A stretch of DNA of 64,000 nucleotides from Gracilinanus agilis. Its lineage: Eukaryota. The notes under the pieces were generated by a model. It made no database searches. It saw nothing but the letters and a program-made list of their open reading frames with translations, and had not been told where the DNA came from. The stretch lies in the NCBI RefSeq assembly GCF_016433145.1, contig NC_058132.1:270797373-270861372 (forward strand). The letters are read 5' to 3'. Each line of letters opens with the position of its first letter. Position 1 is the stretch's first letter. The translations under genes and the position numbers were made by a program. Below are positions 11,750 through 24,615 of this stretch, piece after piece.

Positions 11750-12845
11750 CTGAAGAAAACAGAGAGCACCAAATAGCACATCTGGAGTCACAGACAGGAG
11801 CATCAGGGAATAAGAGAGCATCACCCCACAGAGATACAAGCAGAGGGAAGCATGCACAGGAGAGACTTGTGCCTGGCCATCGCCAGAGGAAACGTATTTT
11901 CCTTTTAATGATTCTGAGGACAACCCTGGGAGGCTAATGGTTAGATATTCAAAGGATTTGCTTCTGTTTTCTGCTTTTCATAAAACTTTCTTTTATATTG
12001 TGGAACCATGTGCTTGCCACCGGTGAGCCTTTTTCAGTTTATTCCAGATACCACACAGAGATCTCCCCAGGTTTCCTAGGAGGGGGAATACAAAATGATA
12101 CAAGGTCCTTCCAGAGTAAAGATCTATGATATTTAAAGTGAGAAATGGATTTGAACTCCTTTGTGCCAGTATGGTTTTAGGAGAATGGATTGCACGTGTA
12201 ATCAAAAAGTCAAAAATTGGTTGCCTAAATCTGAAGATCTCTCTGAGAGCAACAGTCAGACAAATATGCAAAGGATATAGAACAAAAGAGATTTATTTTA
12301 TCACTGTGGGAATGAAGGAAGGAAAAAAGTTTCATTATAAATCTACTACATGTCTGTCGCTGTGCTAAGAACTTTACAGATACAATCTCAATTGATTTTT
12401 AGAACAGCCCTTGGAGGTGGGTCTAATTGTTTAATACTTCCATTTTATAGATGAGGACATTGAGGCAGGAAGAGAGTTAAGTGATTTACCCAAGATCACA
12501 CTATTAGAAAAATGTCTGAGGCTGAATCTGAACTGAGGACTTTCTAACTCTAAGCCTAGTTCTCTATAATAATCACAATATAATAACTAACATTTATATA
12601 GTGCTTATTATATATACATATATAAATACATGTATCATAAGTAGATACATGGATATATGTTGATATAGATATTATATCACTTTATAATTATCCTTTAATT
12701 TTAATTACTTGATTAATTAATTTAATTACTATAAATTAATTTATATTTTTATGTAATTTGTAACACATATAAAATATAATTAATAAAATTAATATAAATA
12801 ATTTAATTTAAACTTTTCATTTAGTTCTCAAAACAACCCTTGGAG

Positions 12846-13036
12846 AGGGCAGCTAGGTGACTCAATGGATAGAGAGCCAGGCCTAGAGATAGCAGGTCCT
12901 GGGTTCAAATCTGGCCTCAGATACTTCCTAGCTATGTGATACTGGCAACTTCAATTGACTAGCCTTCACAGCTCTTCTGCCTTGGAATGGGTACTTAAGT
13001 ATTGATTCTAAATCAGAAAGTAAGGGTTTAAAAAAA
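12846..13036 (+). mobile_element. SINE1_Mdo-type SINE nested in a minus-strand MIR/Mar1 (~12815-13210)
   Basis: gggcagctaggtgactcaatggatagagagccaggcctagag...gtaagggtttaaaaaaa. The host resumes with ggaggtaggtgctattatt...ttacagatgaagaaactgaggc. Confidence 0.8.
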
Positions 13037-14946
13037 TGCCAGGAGGTAGGTGCTATTATTAATTCCATTTTACAGATGAAGAAACTGAGGCAAACAGAGG
13101 CTAAGTGCCCTGCACAGAGTCATAAAGGAGTAAGTATCCTATCTGGGGCTAGATGACAAATTAGGTCTCCCTGACTTCAGCCTTGGAGCTCTATTCACTG
13201 CACCACCCAGTCACTTACATCAGAACTCCCTGCACAAGTTTTCAAACTATCTGTGACTTTGTAGATAAATTTTTTAGGGTCACATATCTAGTAAATATCA
13301 GAGGCAAAATCTGAAGTCAGATCTGCCTGATTCCTAGCCCAGCACTCTAACCCCTACGAAGATCCTTTAATGGTGGTGACATGGAAATTGAATGCCCATT
13401 ATAAACATCTCAGACTGAAAATGTCATTCAATACAATTTTATGCAGGATATCTTAATGCTCCAAATTGAAAGTTATTTCCAGAGTTTAGAATAATAGTTA
13501 AAATGTAAACTGTGTGAAATTGAGGTGACTTAATTTTAATTGTTGGCTTTTTCTAGGAGTATTTAGTTCTTCAATTAAATCCAGTTTGTCTTAGGGCGCA
13601 AATCAGATGCTACCTCCTCCACGTCCCCATCTTTGAGTCCCCCTTCTCCACAAATGGAAATAAGTTCTTTTACCTTAAATTTCTCAGATCCTTTTGAAGA
13701 GATCTCTCCTTTGCCCAGCTGCATTATTTCTGTGACACTTAATGGTGTTGATATCTGGTTTTCTCTACTAGAGTATAGTCTCCTCAAGGGCAAAGGCACC
13801 AATTTATCTTTGTTCTTCCACCACTCAACCCAATGCCTTTAATGAACGTTTGTTGAACTAAATTGAGATCATCTAATATATATTACACACTGATCACATA
13901 ATATGTACTGTCTCAAGAACTGACTGGGCATAGTCATAGTCCAAGCGATTAGAAAAGCAGGAAGCTGCATGGTAAACAAATCTTCAGTCTAGGGGCAGAA
14001 GATCAGAGGATAGAGCTGCAAGGAACCTCTGTAATAACTTAATCCATCTCTTTCTGGGCAAAGATGACATAATTGATGTTTATAAAAGGGAAGTAGCTCA
14101 CTTAAGGCCATACAACTAATAAGCGGCAAAGCTAAAGCTTACCCTTCAGCCTCCTGATTCACTGTTCAGTGTTCTGATCTTTAGGGGTGATAGCCTTGGA
14201 GTTAAGAAGACTTGAGTTCAAATCTTAATTCAATTGCTTCCTAGCAGTATTACCCCAGATAAGTCACTTAACTCAGTTTATATTGGGTTCAGTTTATGTC
14301 ATCTCTAAAATGTGGATATAACTTACCTTGCGTGTGTTTTTTTTTTTTTTTGAGGATCAAATGAGATAATCTGTATATGTAAAGACAAATTTAAAGGATT
14401 ATACAAATTCTAGTTGTTATCATTATATATTGAGGAGCTAAGTGGCATATTGGCCAGTATTCTGGATCTGCAGTCTGGAACACCCAAATTCAAATCCAAC
14501 CTCAGACAATGACTAACTGTATGATTCTGCTCAAGTGATGTAACCTCTCAGCCTCAGTCTCATCAATGGCAAAATACAGATACTAATGATACCTCTTTCA
14601 CAAAGCTGTTGTGAGCCTTGAATGAGCTATAATTTGTAAAGATCACTAAGGTCAGAGACTAACTTTTACCTCTTTTGGAATCCTGAGTGCTTAGTACGGG
14701 TGCTTGACACATTGAATGAACTTAATAAATATTTATTGATTAATTCAAAACTTCTTATTTATATCAAAGACACTACTATCCATAGGTCCTCAACCTTCAC
14801 ATCATTCTTGACTCCTTACTCAGCTGAAACTTTTCTCTTCAGTTACCAGTGATCTTAATTGTCAAATCTGATGACTTGTTGATTGTTCTCTCTTTCTGAA
14901 TTAATAACCCTTTCCTTCTAGGTGGCAGAAAACAATAAAAGTCACC

Positions 14947-15107
14947 TACGCCTAGCAAGCCTCTGCACACTTAAGCGTGGGTGAAGGCATGGAGGAATAA
15001 GAATTATCTGAGACCCTGGAGGAGTTGGCTGCTTCAGAGAAGGATTATGAAGAAATAGGCTCAGATTCTGTTCTGAGGTAGAGAGAGATGAAAGTGAGGA
15101 ATTCTAG
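14947..15107 (+). pseudogene. TUBA: Decayed alpha-tubulin C-terminal fragment (probable 5'-truncated retrocopy)
   Basis: The frame from 14947 reads YA*QASAHLSVGEGMEE*ELSETLEELAASEKDYEEIGSDSV, then after a frameshift EVERDESEEF*. It is collinear with alpha-tubulin [38 protein letters not shown].DS...EGEEY*. Two in-frame stops plus a frameshift. The paralogue is not assignable. Confidence 0.9.
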
Positions 15108-15329
15108 AAGAGATTCAGAAACTAAGGTCATTTAGTTTATCTTTAGTCACCCAAAAAAACCTTTGCTTACTTGTAAATTTTTTAAAAATTGTATCTGTAT
15201 TGCATTTTAACCCACTTAATCTTTCAAATGAAGAAATTTCCAAAATGTTTTTAATTCATTTGTTAAAAAACATAAAACACAGCACATTGTAATATTTTTT
15301 CCAAGATGAATTGACCACATAGAAAGTTA

Positions 15330-15901
15330 TTTACTCATTAGATTTCAACAAAATCCTTTGTATAATTAAAGGGTTGAAAAAATGAGTATCATGATTCGGT
15401 TGGCATAACCAACCAAACATTATCTCCTTGTATCAACATATTCTTCTGAGGTATCTTTTTCATCTGTGATAAGCTTTAAGACAAGTATCAAAATAAACAA
15501 CTCACAATTGATACTTCAATTTGCTATTGCACAAAGTGTTAAAGATTAAAAAAATAATGAAACATATTGGATCATATTGCCTTCCCTAATATTATTACTA
15601 TTAGTAACATTTACTCGATTTAATTTTTTTCATTATAATAATAAACAATGAATTAATACTAGTAATTATTATCTCTAACATTTTGTCTAGGGCAAAAAAA
15701 TTTGCAACAGTAATAAATAAATATTTTCAAAATGATATTTCATTGTATCTTATCCTTTAAAATTCCTATTCTTATATAAGTTTTATGATAAAATTGTTAG
15801 TAAAACATATAATTTATAATTTTAAATAAATATACACATGTTGGGATCACATTCTTAAAAAACTGATAGGATTATGAAATTAAAAAAGGTTGAAACCACT
15901 G
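15330..15901. mobile_element. Possible old hAT/Charlie-type remnant
   Basis: Ends in an hAT-like terminus aaaaaggttgaaaccactg. The interior is AT-rich and decayed. Confidence 0.3.
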
Positions 15902-17229
15902 ATATACATATTGCTAGCAGGTGCAATAGACAGAGTAGTAGACTAGGATTCAGGAAGCAAATTCAATTTCTGCTTCAAATATTCATTGCCTAGGGAAAGT
16001 TATTTTGGTCTCAGTTTCCTTTTCTGTAAATGAGAGGTTTGGTCTTACTGACGTCTACAATCATTTCTAGTTCTAAATTTATGAACCTATGCCTCTACTT
16101 GAGCCAATGAGTTGCAAACAGTCTAAAATGTCTCCTTGATGTTTCTGAAATTTTACTATCAGAATCATAACTTGCGGTGAAGATATTGGTTCTATAGAAC
16201 CACTAAAATGAAAATGTGTTACTTAGGAGTGATTAAAAAAGTAAAAAGTAGTAAACCAATTAGTTTACCTCCTCAGCGAAAACAGAATCCTGAGAAATAT
16301 GGGAAATATGTGATGCTAGACATTAGCAAAATTTCAGATGTATACTGAAGATGAACAATCCAATACATTTATTTATAAATCATCTACCATATTCAAGGCA
16401 CAATGATAGATGCCCAAAATGCAAAGATACCTCTCTGATTCCTCTTCTGCACTTATTACGTTCTAATGTCCAATAATATTTTGTTTATATGACTTATCTG
16501 TTACTAGACAGTAGACTCTGTGAGGAGAAAACTGTAAAGATTTTTGTCCTTTTACCTCTTCTGCCCAGCATGGTATGATACGACTTAACAAAGATTTTTT
16601 GGTGAATTGAATTCAAATTTATAGTTATTTTAATAAAGATTTTGCCTTTTAATATAAAAAGCAATAAAATAGATGAAAGGAAGGAAGGAAACATTTATTT
16701 AAGTAATATAAGCCAGGCACTGTGCTAAAATCTTTACAAATATTATCTCATTTAATCTTCACGACAACCCTGGGATGTGGATGCTATTATTATCTCATGT
16801 TTAAATTATTGATGCTAGAGGGAACTTTGTTACTCATCCTGTCTGTGTAACTTATTGAGATCCCACTGCTATCTGGTGGCAGTGGCCATAAATTGCAGGT
16901 ATAGTCTAGAATTAATAAAGGAAATGTGCCTGACCAATTCAGCCATAGTTTAATGTCGGCAAGATTCACATCACCATTAGCTTAGATGAACTAATTACAA
17001 TTTACTAATTAACACATACTTAACATGATCATTTAGTAAATACATCAAAAATTTAAACAATTGGAATTTGATGCACTTGTTTTAAAATATGGCCCGGTTA
17101 GCCAAAAGTCAAGTCTCTAAGCACAGATATATTCTCTATTTATCTCTAAAAACCTTGCCTGTTTACCATTACGGACTTCAGTGTTGTTTTTCTCCAGAAA
17201 GAAAATTGCGTTGTTCTTCTCCAATTCTC

Positions 17230-17535
17230 CAGTTTAATTACATTTAGAGACCTAGACATTTCCCTTTCAATTCCATCGCCAAATTCACCTTAACAGTTAA
17301 TAAACAAGTGGGATCCTTACACTGATCCAATAATATCCCTCCAGTTACCTCTTGCCAGCATGAAAAGTTTTTATTTATGACTCTACCCTCATCTGCCCTT
17401 TAGCCAACATTCAATCCATTTTATGTACATTTATGTCCATTCTGTTTTCCTCCTTTCCTTAGACCTCAATCTTTGTACCAAGACCTTAATCTCTGATGTG
17501 GAACTTTGTCAAATGCTGTCTGAAAATATAAGCAC
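17230..17535 (-). mobile_element. CR1/L3 LINE reverse-transcriptase fragment
   Basis: Minus strand gives AFDKVPHQRL, then WIECWLKGR and SCWQEVTGG, matching CR1 RT (AFDKVPHQRLL...WI.NWL.GR.QRV...S.W.EVTSGVPQGS). Confidence 0.7.
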
Positions 17536-18174
17536 AATGCTAGTCGCTGCATGGGGACAAAGTCAAAGTCTTTTAAAGGCATAGAGAGGTGCAGCTGGGT
17601 AAATAAACATCTGGGTTGTACTTAGGAGGTTTCCTGGTCAAACTGGATGCATTTCTTAATGTTAAGAATTGACTTGCAATTGTGATTGGTGTTGTAAAGA
17701 AGGACAGCTTGCTGGTAGAACAGTAACTCTCCTGGGTTTTTATTTGCTTTTGTTTTTAGACAAAAAAAGTAAATATGGGTAGGGCTTTTATGGGAATCAA
17801 TAGATCCCAGAAGTGGGAAGTTGGATAATTGGTGGACTATGAACTACTGGGAAAGTCTTCTAAGGGAAATAGTTATTCTATTCCAAAAGGCTGCTTTGGA
17901 GTTCATTAATAAAGAAGTTATACAGTCTTTGGATTGCTCCTAGTCGAAACACAGTCTTTAAAATGAAGTAAAATTAATTATTAAAAAATGAAAGAATGTC
18001 CTCTTTTAGACATGGAGTATAGCTTATCTGCACAACAGGAAAATCTCATTAATATGGTGACTATATTTAGTTACTAATTTATTATACAAATTTGGGCAAT
18101 GTATTTAAACTCAGTATACATTTTAGATTTAATTGAGGTAGAGGCATCTGAGAATTGTGGTTATAAATTAATAA

Positions 18175-18435
18175 TGGTTATCATTTAGTTAGTTCTTAAG
18201 GTGTATCAGGCATTATGCTAAGCATTTTACAACTATTATCTCATTTCATCCTCACAACAACCCTGAGAGATAGGTGTTATTATCATCCCCATTTTGCAGA
18301 TAAGGAAACTGAAGCAAATACAGGTAAGTGACTTGCCCAGAATCACACACATCTAGTAAGTGTTTGAAGCCAGATTAGAAGTCAGGGTTTTCCTGATTTC
18401 AGGTCCAACACTCTATCTGCTGTCCCACCAAGCTA
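18175..18435 (-). mobile_element. MIR/Mar1-type SINE, near full length
   Basis: aagcattttacaactattatctcatttcatcctcacaacaaccctg...cccattttgcagataaggaaactgaagc...gtgacttgcccag...ccaccaagctacc. Confidence 0.8.
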
Positions 18436-20599
18436 CCCCAACCTTGAGGGACAACTTTTCTTTCTCCATGGCACTGAGTCCTAAAGGGTCTATAAGATTT
18501 AGTGAACAGTAGAGAAACTCTTAACAATGATTGTAGATTCCTTTTAAAATTTTCATTTAATACCCTTAACAAACCTCTAGAGTCTTTTTATTTTTTGCTA
18601 TTCCTGATATCATAGGGGTACTTATTTGTTTGTTTAAATAAGTGGTAGTGATTACGAGAGAGGGAATTTTCATAGACAGAAATTGATCTGATATTTTCAA
18701 AATATTGGTAATAATCACAATCATCTTTTATTGTTGACCCATCCTCGAATTTCCTTAGAGTGTTTTGAACTTCTCCTTTGCCTCTGTCATACTCTACCTT
18801 ATAAAAATAAACATGACATCACACAGTATAAGAGAGCATTAATAGGATGTGATTCCCACATTAGAGCATGTATCCTTATTGTTAAAATCACAAGTCTATC
18901 AAAGTATCTAAATAACATACCATTAGATTATAAGATACTGGAATTCAAAGACTATGTCTTATTTCTTCTTTGTATTGCCAATTTCCAACACGGTGCCTTA
19001 TACATAGTAAATATTTCATAAATGTTTATAGAACAAATAAATAAAATGTCCTAAATGTAATGTAATATAAGAAATAAGCTGGTCTAACAGAAATATAGGA
19101 GCCACTATAATGTAACTCAATATATAAATGGGAATTCCTGAGAGAGGAAATTCCCTTTTCCAATGGCACCTTCTAACTTGGAGGCAAAAGTTCTGAGTTT
19201 GGATTCTACCTCAAATACTTAATAGCAGTGTGACCCCACCCTAAGTATATCACTTAACTTTTCTTTGCCTCAGTTTCCTTATTTGTTAAAATGAGAATAA
19301 TAATGCCACTTACCCCCCCAGGTCTGATTGTCAAGCTCAGATGAGATGTTTAAAAAATGCCTTGAAAACTTTAAAGCACTATTTAAATATAGTTATTGTT
19401 GTTATTATAATCTTGAAAATTGCCTACATCATCAAGAAATGAAATGACTTTTTGAGGGTTACATGACCACTATATGCCAGAGTTACGCCACGAACCCAGA
19501 TCTTCCTGGCTTCCATGATTGCCAGATACTACAACATGCTACCTCATAATTTAAAACGTAAAATGTTATGTTAAATATTAAAATATCAGCTACTGTCAGT
19601 TATGATATGTTGAGAATTGTCCATTTTGTCATTTACCCAAAAGTTATTTCAAGTGGATAATTTTCATAATGATGTCTTCTTCATCTTCTTTGCCCTTTTC
19701 CATTAGTGTGTGCCTTAAACATCTCTCCCAAACAATAAGAACAAATGTTATAAACAAACCCTTTCACAGACTTTCATTTCATCACACCCTCCTTCTCTTC
19801 CTACACTCTGGAGAAAACAAAGGCAAAATTTCAAGAAATCCTTTTTTCCTTTGGAGGAGAGCAGGAACCAAAAAAATAATGAGAAGGAGACAATGTGGCA
19901 AATGTCCATGACTTCTCAGTGGGTTTTGTTCTTTTCACCGAGTTTTTGTCCACACCTACATGGGATTCATCCCTATAGCTCCAGACTTTCCCTGCAGTAT
20001 ATTCAAAGGCTGCTCATCATCCCAGCATTGATTCTGCCCACGAAAATATGTTGCATGTTACAAGTGGAATTTACCCTTTGACCTTTCGCTCCCCCTCTGC
20101 TCAGACCAAGAAGTATTGTTTTCATTATGAGACCAGCTTTTCCACCAGCAAAAGCTGCTTGTCACTTATTGCAAAATGGCCTTGAAACAGCTTCAGAAGA
20201 AAAAAAATTATTTTTTTATGATACCAGAATGAATCCAAAGTTACCATTTTCTATGGAAATAAAAATTAGCAATTTGAAGCTTTTTCTTAGTACTTTTAGA
20301 GACAATGACTCTGTTAAATAGTGAAAGGAATATTAGTAGTAGTTAGATATAGGAATAGGTACAGTTTGTTGAATTCTGCTAGCTTTTGCATCCTTGTTTC
20401 TTGAATGCAGTGGAGATACTGATATCTACTCATAAACCTTCTTCCTTACATTACTACTGTGTGGAATGAATTCACTTTTAAAATGAAAGTAAATGAAAAT
20501 CAATTTGAGATTTTGGTTAAACTTTTAGGCTTTTCTTTTGTTTAGATTTTTATTAAAACTAGTTCTGTTGAGCTAATTTGTATTAGATTGCCACAATCA

Positions 20600-21200
20600 A
20601 CAATAATCAACCAAAAAAGCACGCAGTAAGAACTTATTATGTGCCAGGCACTGTCCTAAATGATGGGGATACCAATAAACAAGTCTCCCCACTTTACTCC
20701 ATCCTCAACAATCTCCTAGTCTAAAGGGGAAACCACCGTCCAAACTGCTCTGTACGTACAAGAGAGATGTATTGCAAATGGGAGGTAATCCTCAAAGGAA
20801 GACACTAGCTATGGTGGAGACCTGGAAAATCATTCTGTAGAAATTAATACTTCAGCTGAGCTACAAAATCTAGGAGGCAGAAGTGTAAGGAGAGAACATT
20901 TCAGGCATGGGGGAAGCCAGTGACAAGTTATTGACTCCTGAGATGGAGTCAGCATCTTATGAAAGGAAAAACAAGTAGCCAAAGTGGACTGTAGAACATG
21001 TGGACAGGACCAAAGAGTAAGGAGCCTTGAAGAGGATGAGGGATCAGACTATGAAGGACTTTAAAGCGTCAGAAAATTTTATATTTGTTCTTGGATGTAA
21101 CGGGAACAAATGGAGTTTATTGAGAAAAGGGATGACATTGTCAGACCTTCACTAGAGAAGGTCTTAGAAAAATGTCCAACAAACCAGAAGGTACAACTTC
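20600..21200 (-). mobile_element. L2 LINE 3' portion
   Basis: cttattatgtgccaggcactgtcctaaatgatggggatacc tail followed by typical L2 antisense purine-rich sequence. Confidence 0.6.
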
Positions 21201-23480
21201 ACTAACTTTCAATCCTAAAATCATCATTTGGAAAATTTGAGTAGAAAATGGATTATAGAAATATTCTCTGTTATCTATATGACTGTAGACAAATAATTTT
21301 ATCTTTTTGTACCTCAGATTCATCATTAGATGATATCATTGGACTAGATAACATCTAATATCCTTTCTAAATATAAATCTATGATCTTTTGATCATTTGA
21401 ATTTATTTTATATCCGAGAAAATCTCAGCCTTAGTTTTTTCTATAAAACGAAAGTATAAGATTACATGATGACTGAGGTCCCTTTTCCAACTCTGAATCT
21501 AATGACCCTATGAATGTCATAACTGCCAATCAGCATATACCTTGTCTCTGAATACCAGAAGGAAAGTCTACAGAGACTAGGAACTTCATAGGATCTTGCG
21601 ATTTTGAGTTTAAAACAGTCTTAGACATAAGCCAATCCTTTATCAAAGAAAAATAAAGTGCAAAATGGAAGTGAGGAAAATAAGTGAAAGAGTGAAAAAA
21701 AAATTAATGAAGGGCTTCAGCACCAAAGGTGTTTTTATTTGGCTTGGACTCAGCTCTTAGAGTTCAGATTCAGATCTGAAGTTCATTCCAATCTCGTTTG
21801 TTGAGCTTTTGGGCTGGAATTCTGGTCAAAACTGGATTTCTCATGAAACCGCTCATTCTTCTTGGCTCCAGTTAAATGACAAATTCCATACGAAGGCTGA
21901 TTCAATTTTCTGGCATATCTCTTTCAGATGCTAGCTTAATCCAAGAGAACAAAAAAATGGTAATAAGGAGATAACTAAATATTTTCATACCTCAAAAGTG
22001 TTTGGGCTTGGCTTTTAGAATACAAATGCAAGTTAGTTTTCATTTTAGTTCAGAGTCCTTTCTAATTAAGTATATAAACAATCAGTAAGAAGTAAAACGA
22101 ATGTTTGAGACTATAGTACTCATAATTAATTAAGAACAATGAAATAAGGGAAATGACAGTTTATATACTTGCAGCCCTTCAGTATTCACAGGGGTAGCAC
22201 TTTCCTCACAGATATTTGGTGATGATTATCATTCCCACTTTACAGATGAGGAAACTGATTTTTAGAGAGGTTAGTTTTTCCCACCATTACTTAGCTAGGA
22301 AATACTATATCTGGAACTCAAACTGGCATCTTCTGTTTTCATTATCCAACACTAAATGTCAGTATCTATAATTTAGCTAGAATTAAAGACCAATGACAGT
22401 GTTCATTTTAGCTATCAATTGAGTTATAGTTTACATATTCCTAGGGTGCAGAGTAGAAGAGATTAACAATATACTTAAAAAATTCTTAACTCTCAATTCT
22501 AGGAATCTAGCGTGTTGCTCCAATATGACCCACCAAGAAATAAAATACTTCTAATGCTGTCTGGTGTGTTTACAGTAGGGACTGTAATTCCTGGAACACA
22601 CACAATTTTTCAGAATGTCAAAATTAATCAAAACATGAAGCAGCCCAAATCCTGTGTTTTCCCGAGATGCTCAGGGCTTAAATTGGATCACAGACTAGGT
22701 ATTTTTTTCCTTGGTGAGGTATAAGGAATAAGGACTGGAAAATGTGCTCTTGATTGTATAGGGAAATGTAGGAAAAGCATTGCTACATCTCATCTTAGTT
22801 TGATAATTGTAAAAAAGCAGGTGGCTTTTGGTGAAGTCTCTACCTAAGTTAACAAGAATCAATAACTACATCTTTTGCATATGCCTGTGTACCTTTTTAG
22901 ACAATTCTTTTTAACCTTTATTTCCAGGTATGCCAATGGAATGAGTCTTAGGACTGGCCAAACCAAGATTCATCCATCATTAAAGCCTGTTAGCATGGTT
23001 TTATAGTAAGATCGACCAATAATTCCAGATCGTGTCTTCTGCATTCTATTTGGACAGATGGGCTGTTAATATTAACATCATTCTCATTAGCAATTAAAGA
23101 TAGCGTGGTGTAATAAAACAAATGCTGGGAGTGGAGTCAAGAAAACCACTTTTGAAACATTAGTTATATGCTCATTGGTAAGTCACTTAACCATCCTTTA
23201 ATAATTCTTTAAGATTTTATCTCAGTGGAAGCAGTGTCCATACCACACTGACAAAAATCATAGAGTTTGGGCTGTTGACATTTTATTATTATATTTATAA
23301 TAACCTGTTTTTACCCAATATCTTAACTTTTATAAAACATTCATGACTATGATGGTTATAGTCCTATAATTTTTTTTTCAAAAAGAAAACTGCTTTATCT
23401 TTGTTAAGCCCATTCTATTTGAAAGTTAATGGGGAATTTTGTCCTATCTTTTTTTTTTTGGAGTGAAACAAAGAAATGAG

Positions 23481-23691
23481 GGCAGCTAGGTGGCTCAGTG
23501 GATTGAGCGCTAGGCCCAGAGAGAGAAAGCCCTGGGTTCAAATCTGACCCCAGGCACTTCCTAGCTGTGTGATCTTGGGCAACTCACTTAATATTTATTG
23601 CCTAATCCTTAATGCTCTTTTGCCTTGGAACCAATACACAATATTGATTATAAAATAGAAGATAAAGGTTTTTTGTTTGTTTGTTTTTTAA
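23481..23691 (+). mobile_element. SINE1_Mdo-type SINE, full length
   Basis: ggcagctaggtggctcagtggattgag head. TSD GAAACAAAGAAATGAG (23465-23480) / GAAACAAAGGAATGAG (23692-23707), 15/16. Confidence 0.9.
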
Positions 23692-24108
23692 GAAACAAAG
23701 GAATGAGCAAAACAGTTTATTCTTACCTTTTTTTTGGTTATTTGTATAATTAAAAATGGTATTTTATATATGTATAATTTTGTATAATTTAATTTTATAT
23801 AATATGTCAAAATATATTATATATAATTATAATTGATAAATTATAATTTGTATAATTTAAAAATAATCATATACTCTTAAAAACCTCACAGCCACAGAAA
23901 TGTGTGTTAAAGCACCTGAAAAATGAAATTGGTAGAGTAGAAATATGAAGGGAAATTAAAATTATAAATCACAACACTGGAAAATTATATGCTAAGCATT
24001 CAGAAAACATATGGACATGGGAATGTGTTTAGAGCTTCAGAAGGCCTGAATTTATTATAAATATGGTGAAGAAACCTTCAAAAAGTTCTTTACATGTTTT
24101 TTCTCCTG

Positions 24109-24151
24109 NNNNNNNNNNNNNNNNNNNNNNNNNNNNNNNNNNNNNNNNNNN
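24109..24151. other. Assembly gap (43 N)
   Basis: N run adjoining a (TTCC)n tract. Confidence 0.95.
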
Positions 24152-24213
24152 TTCCTTCCTTCCTTCCTTCCTTCCTTCCTTCCTTCCTTCCTTCCTTCCT
24201 TCCTTCCTTCCTT
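24152..24213. repeat. (TTCC)n microsatellite
   Basis: Directly visible. It explains the KEGR repeat in the ORF track. Confidence 0.99.
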
Positions 24214-24361
24214 CTTCAAATATTTGAAAATTATTAGCTAGTCCTCCCATCAGTCAGCTTTTCTCAAGACAAAATCAGTTTCTTATCATATTTTCTAATA
24301 GAATATACTCATGACTCCTTTAATATTTTCTATTTATTTTTTTTCTCTTTTTCACTGTTGA

Positions 24362-24615
24362 GACTTGTTCAGTTGTTGTGGTTGTGTCCTACTTTTTATG
24401 ACTCCCAGTTTGGGTTTTCTTGGCAAAGATACTGGAGTGGTTTGTCATTTCCTTTTCTAGCTCTTTTTAGAGATGAGGAAACTGAGGTGAACAGGGTTAA
24501 GTGATTTGCCCAGGGTCACACAATTAGTAAGTACCTGAGGCCAGATTTGAATAGATTTTTGTCTTTCTGATCTCAGGACCAGCACTCTATCTATCCACTA
24601 TGCCACCTAGCTTTC
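24362..24615 (-). mobile_element. Mar1-type SINE, full length
   Basis: ttgttcagttgttg...ttttcttggcaaagatactggagtggtttgtcatttcc...gatgaggaaactgagg...ccactatgccacctagct. Confidence 0.85.

Noticed and set aside
12590-12815. Very AT-rich stretches (also 23750-23870 and 29170-29225)
   Set aside because: Ordinary degenerate (TA)n low complexity, with no regular repeat-spacer structure.
22900-23010. Plus-strand exon-like unit after tttatttccag (similar ones at ~6030, ~30545 and ~35915)
   Set aside because: Strong-looking acceptors are common in AT-rich DNA. The donors are weak or the peptides unrecognisable, and they conflict in strand with the better candidates.
23481-23560. tRNA-like A/B boxes (here and in other SINE heads)
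   Set aside because: These are tRNA-derived SINE promoters. There is no cloverleaf or anticodon arm of a real tRNA gene.
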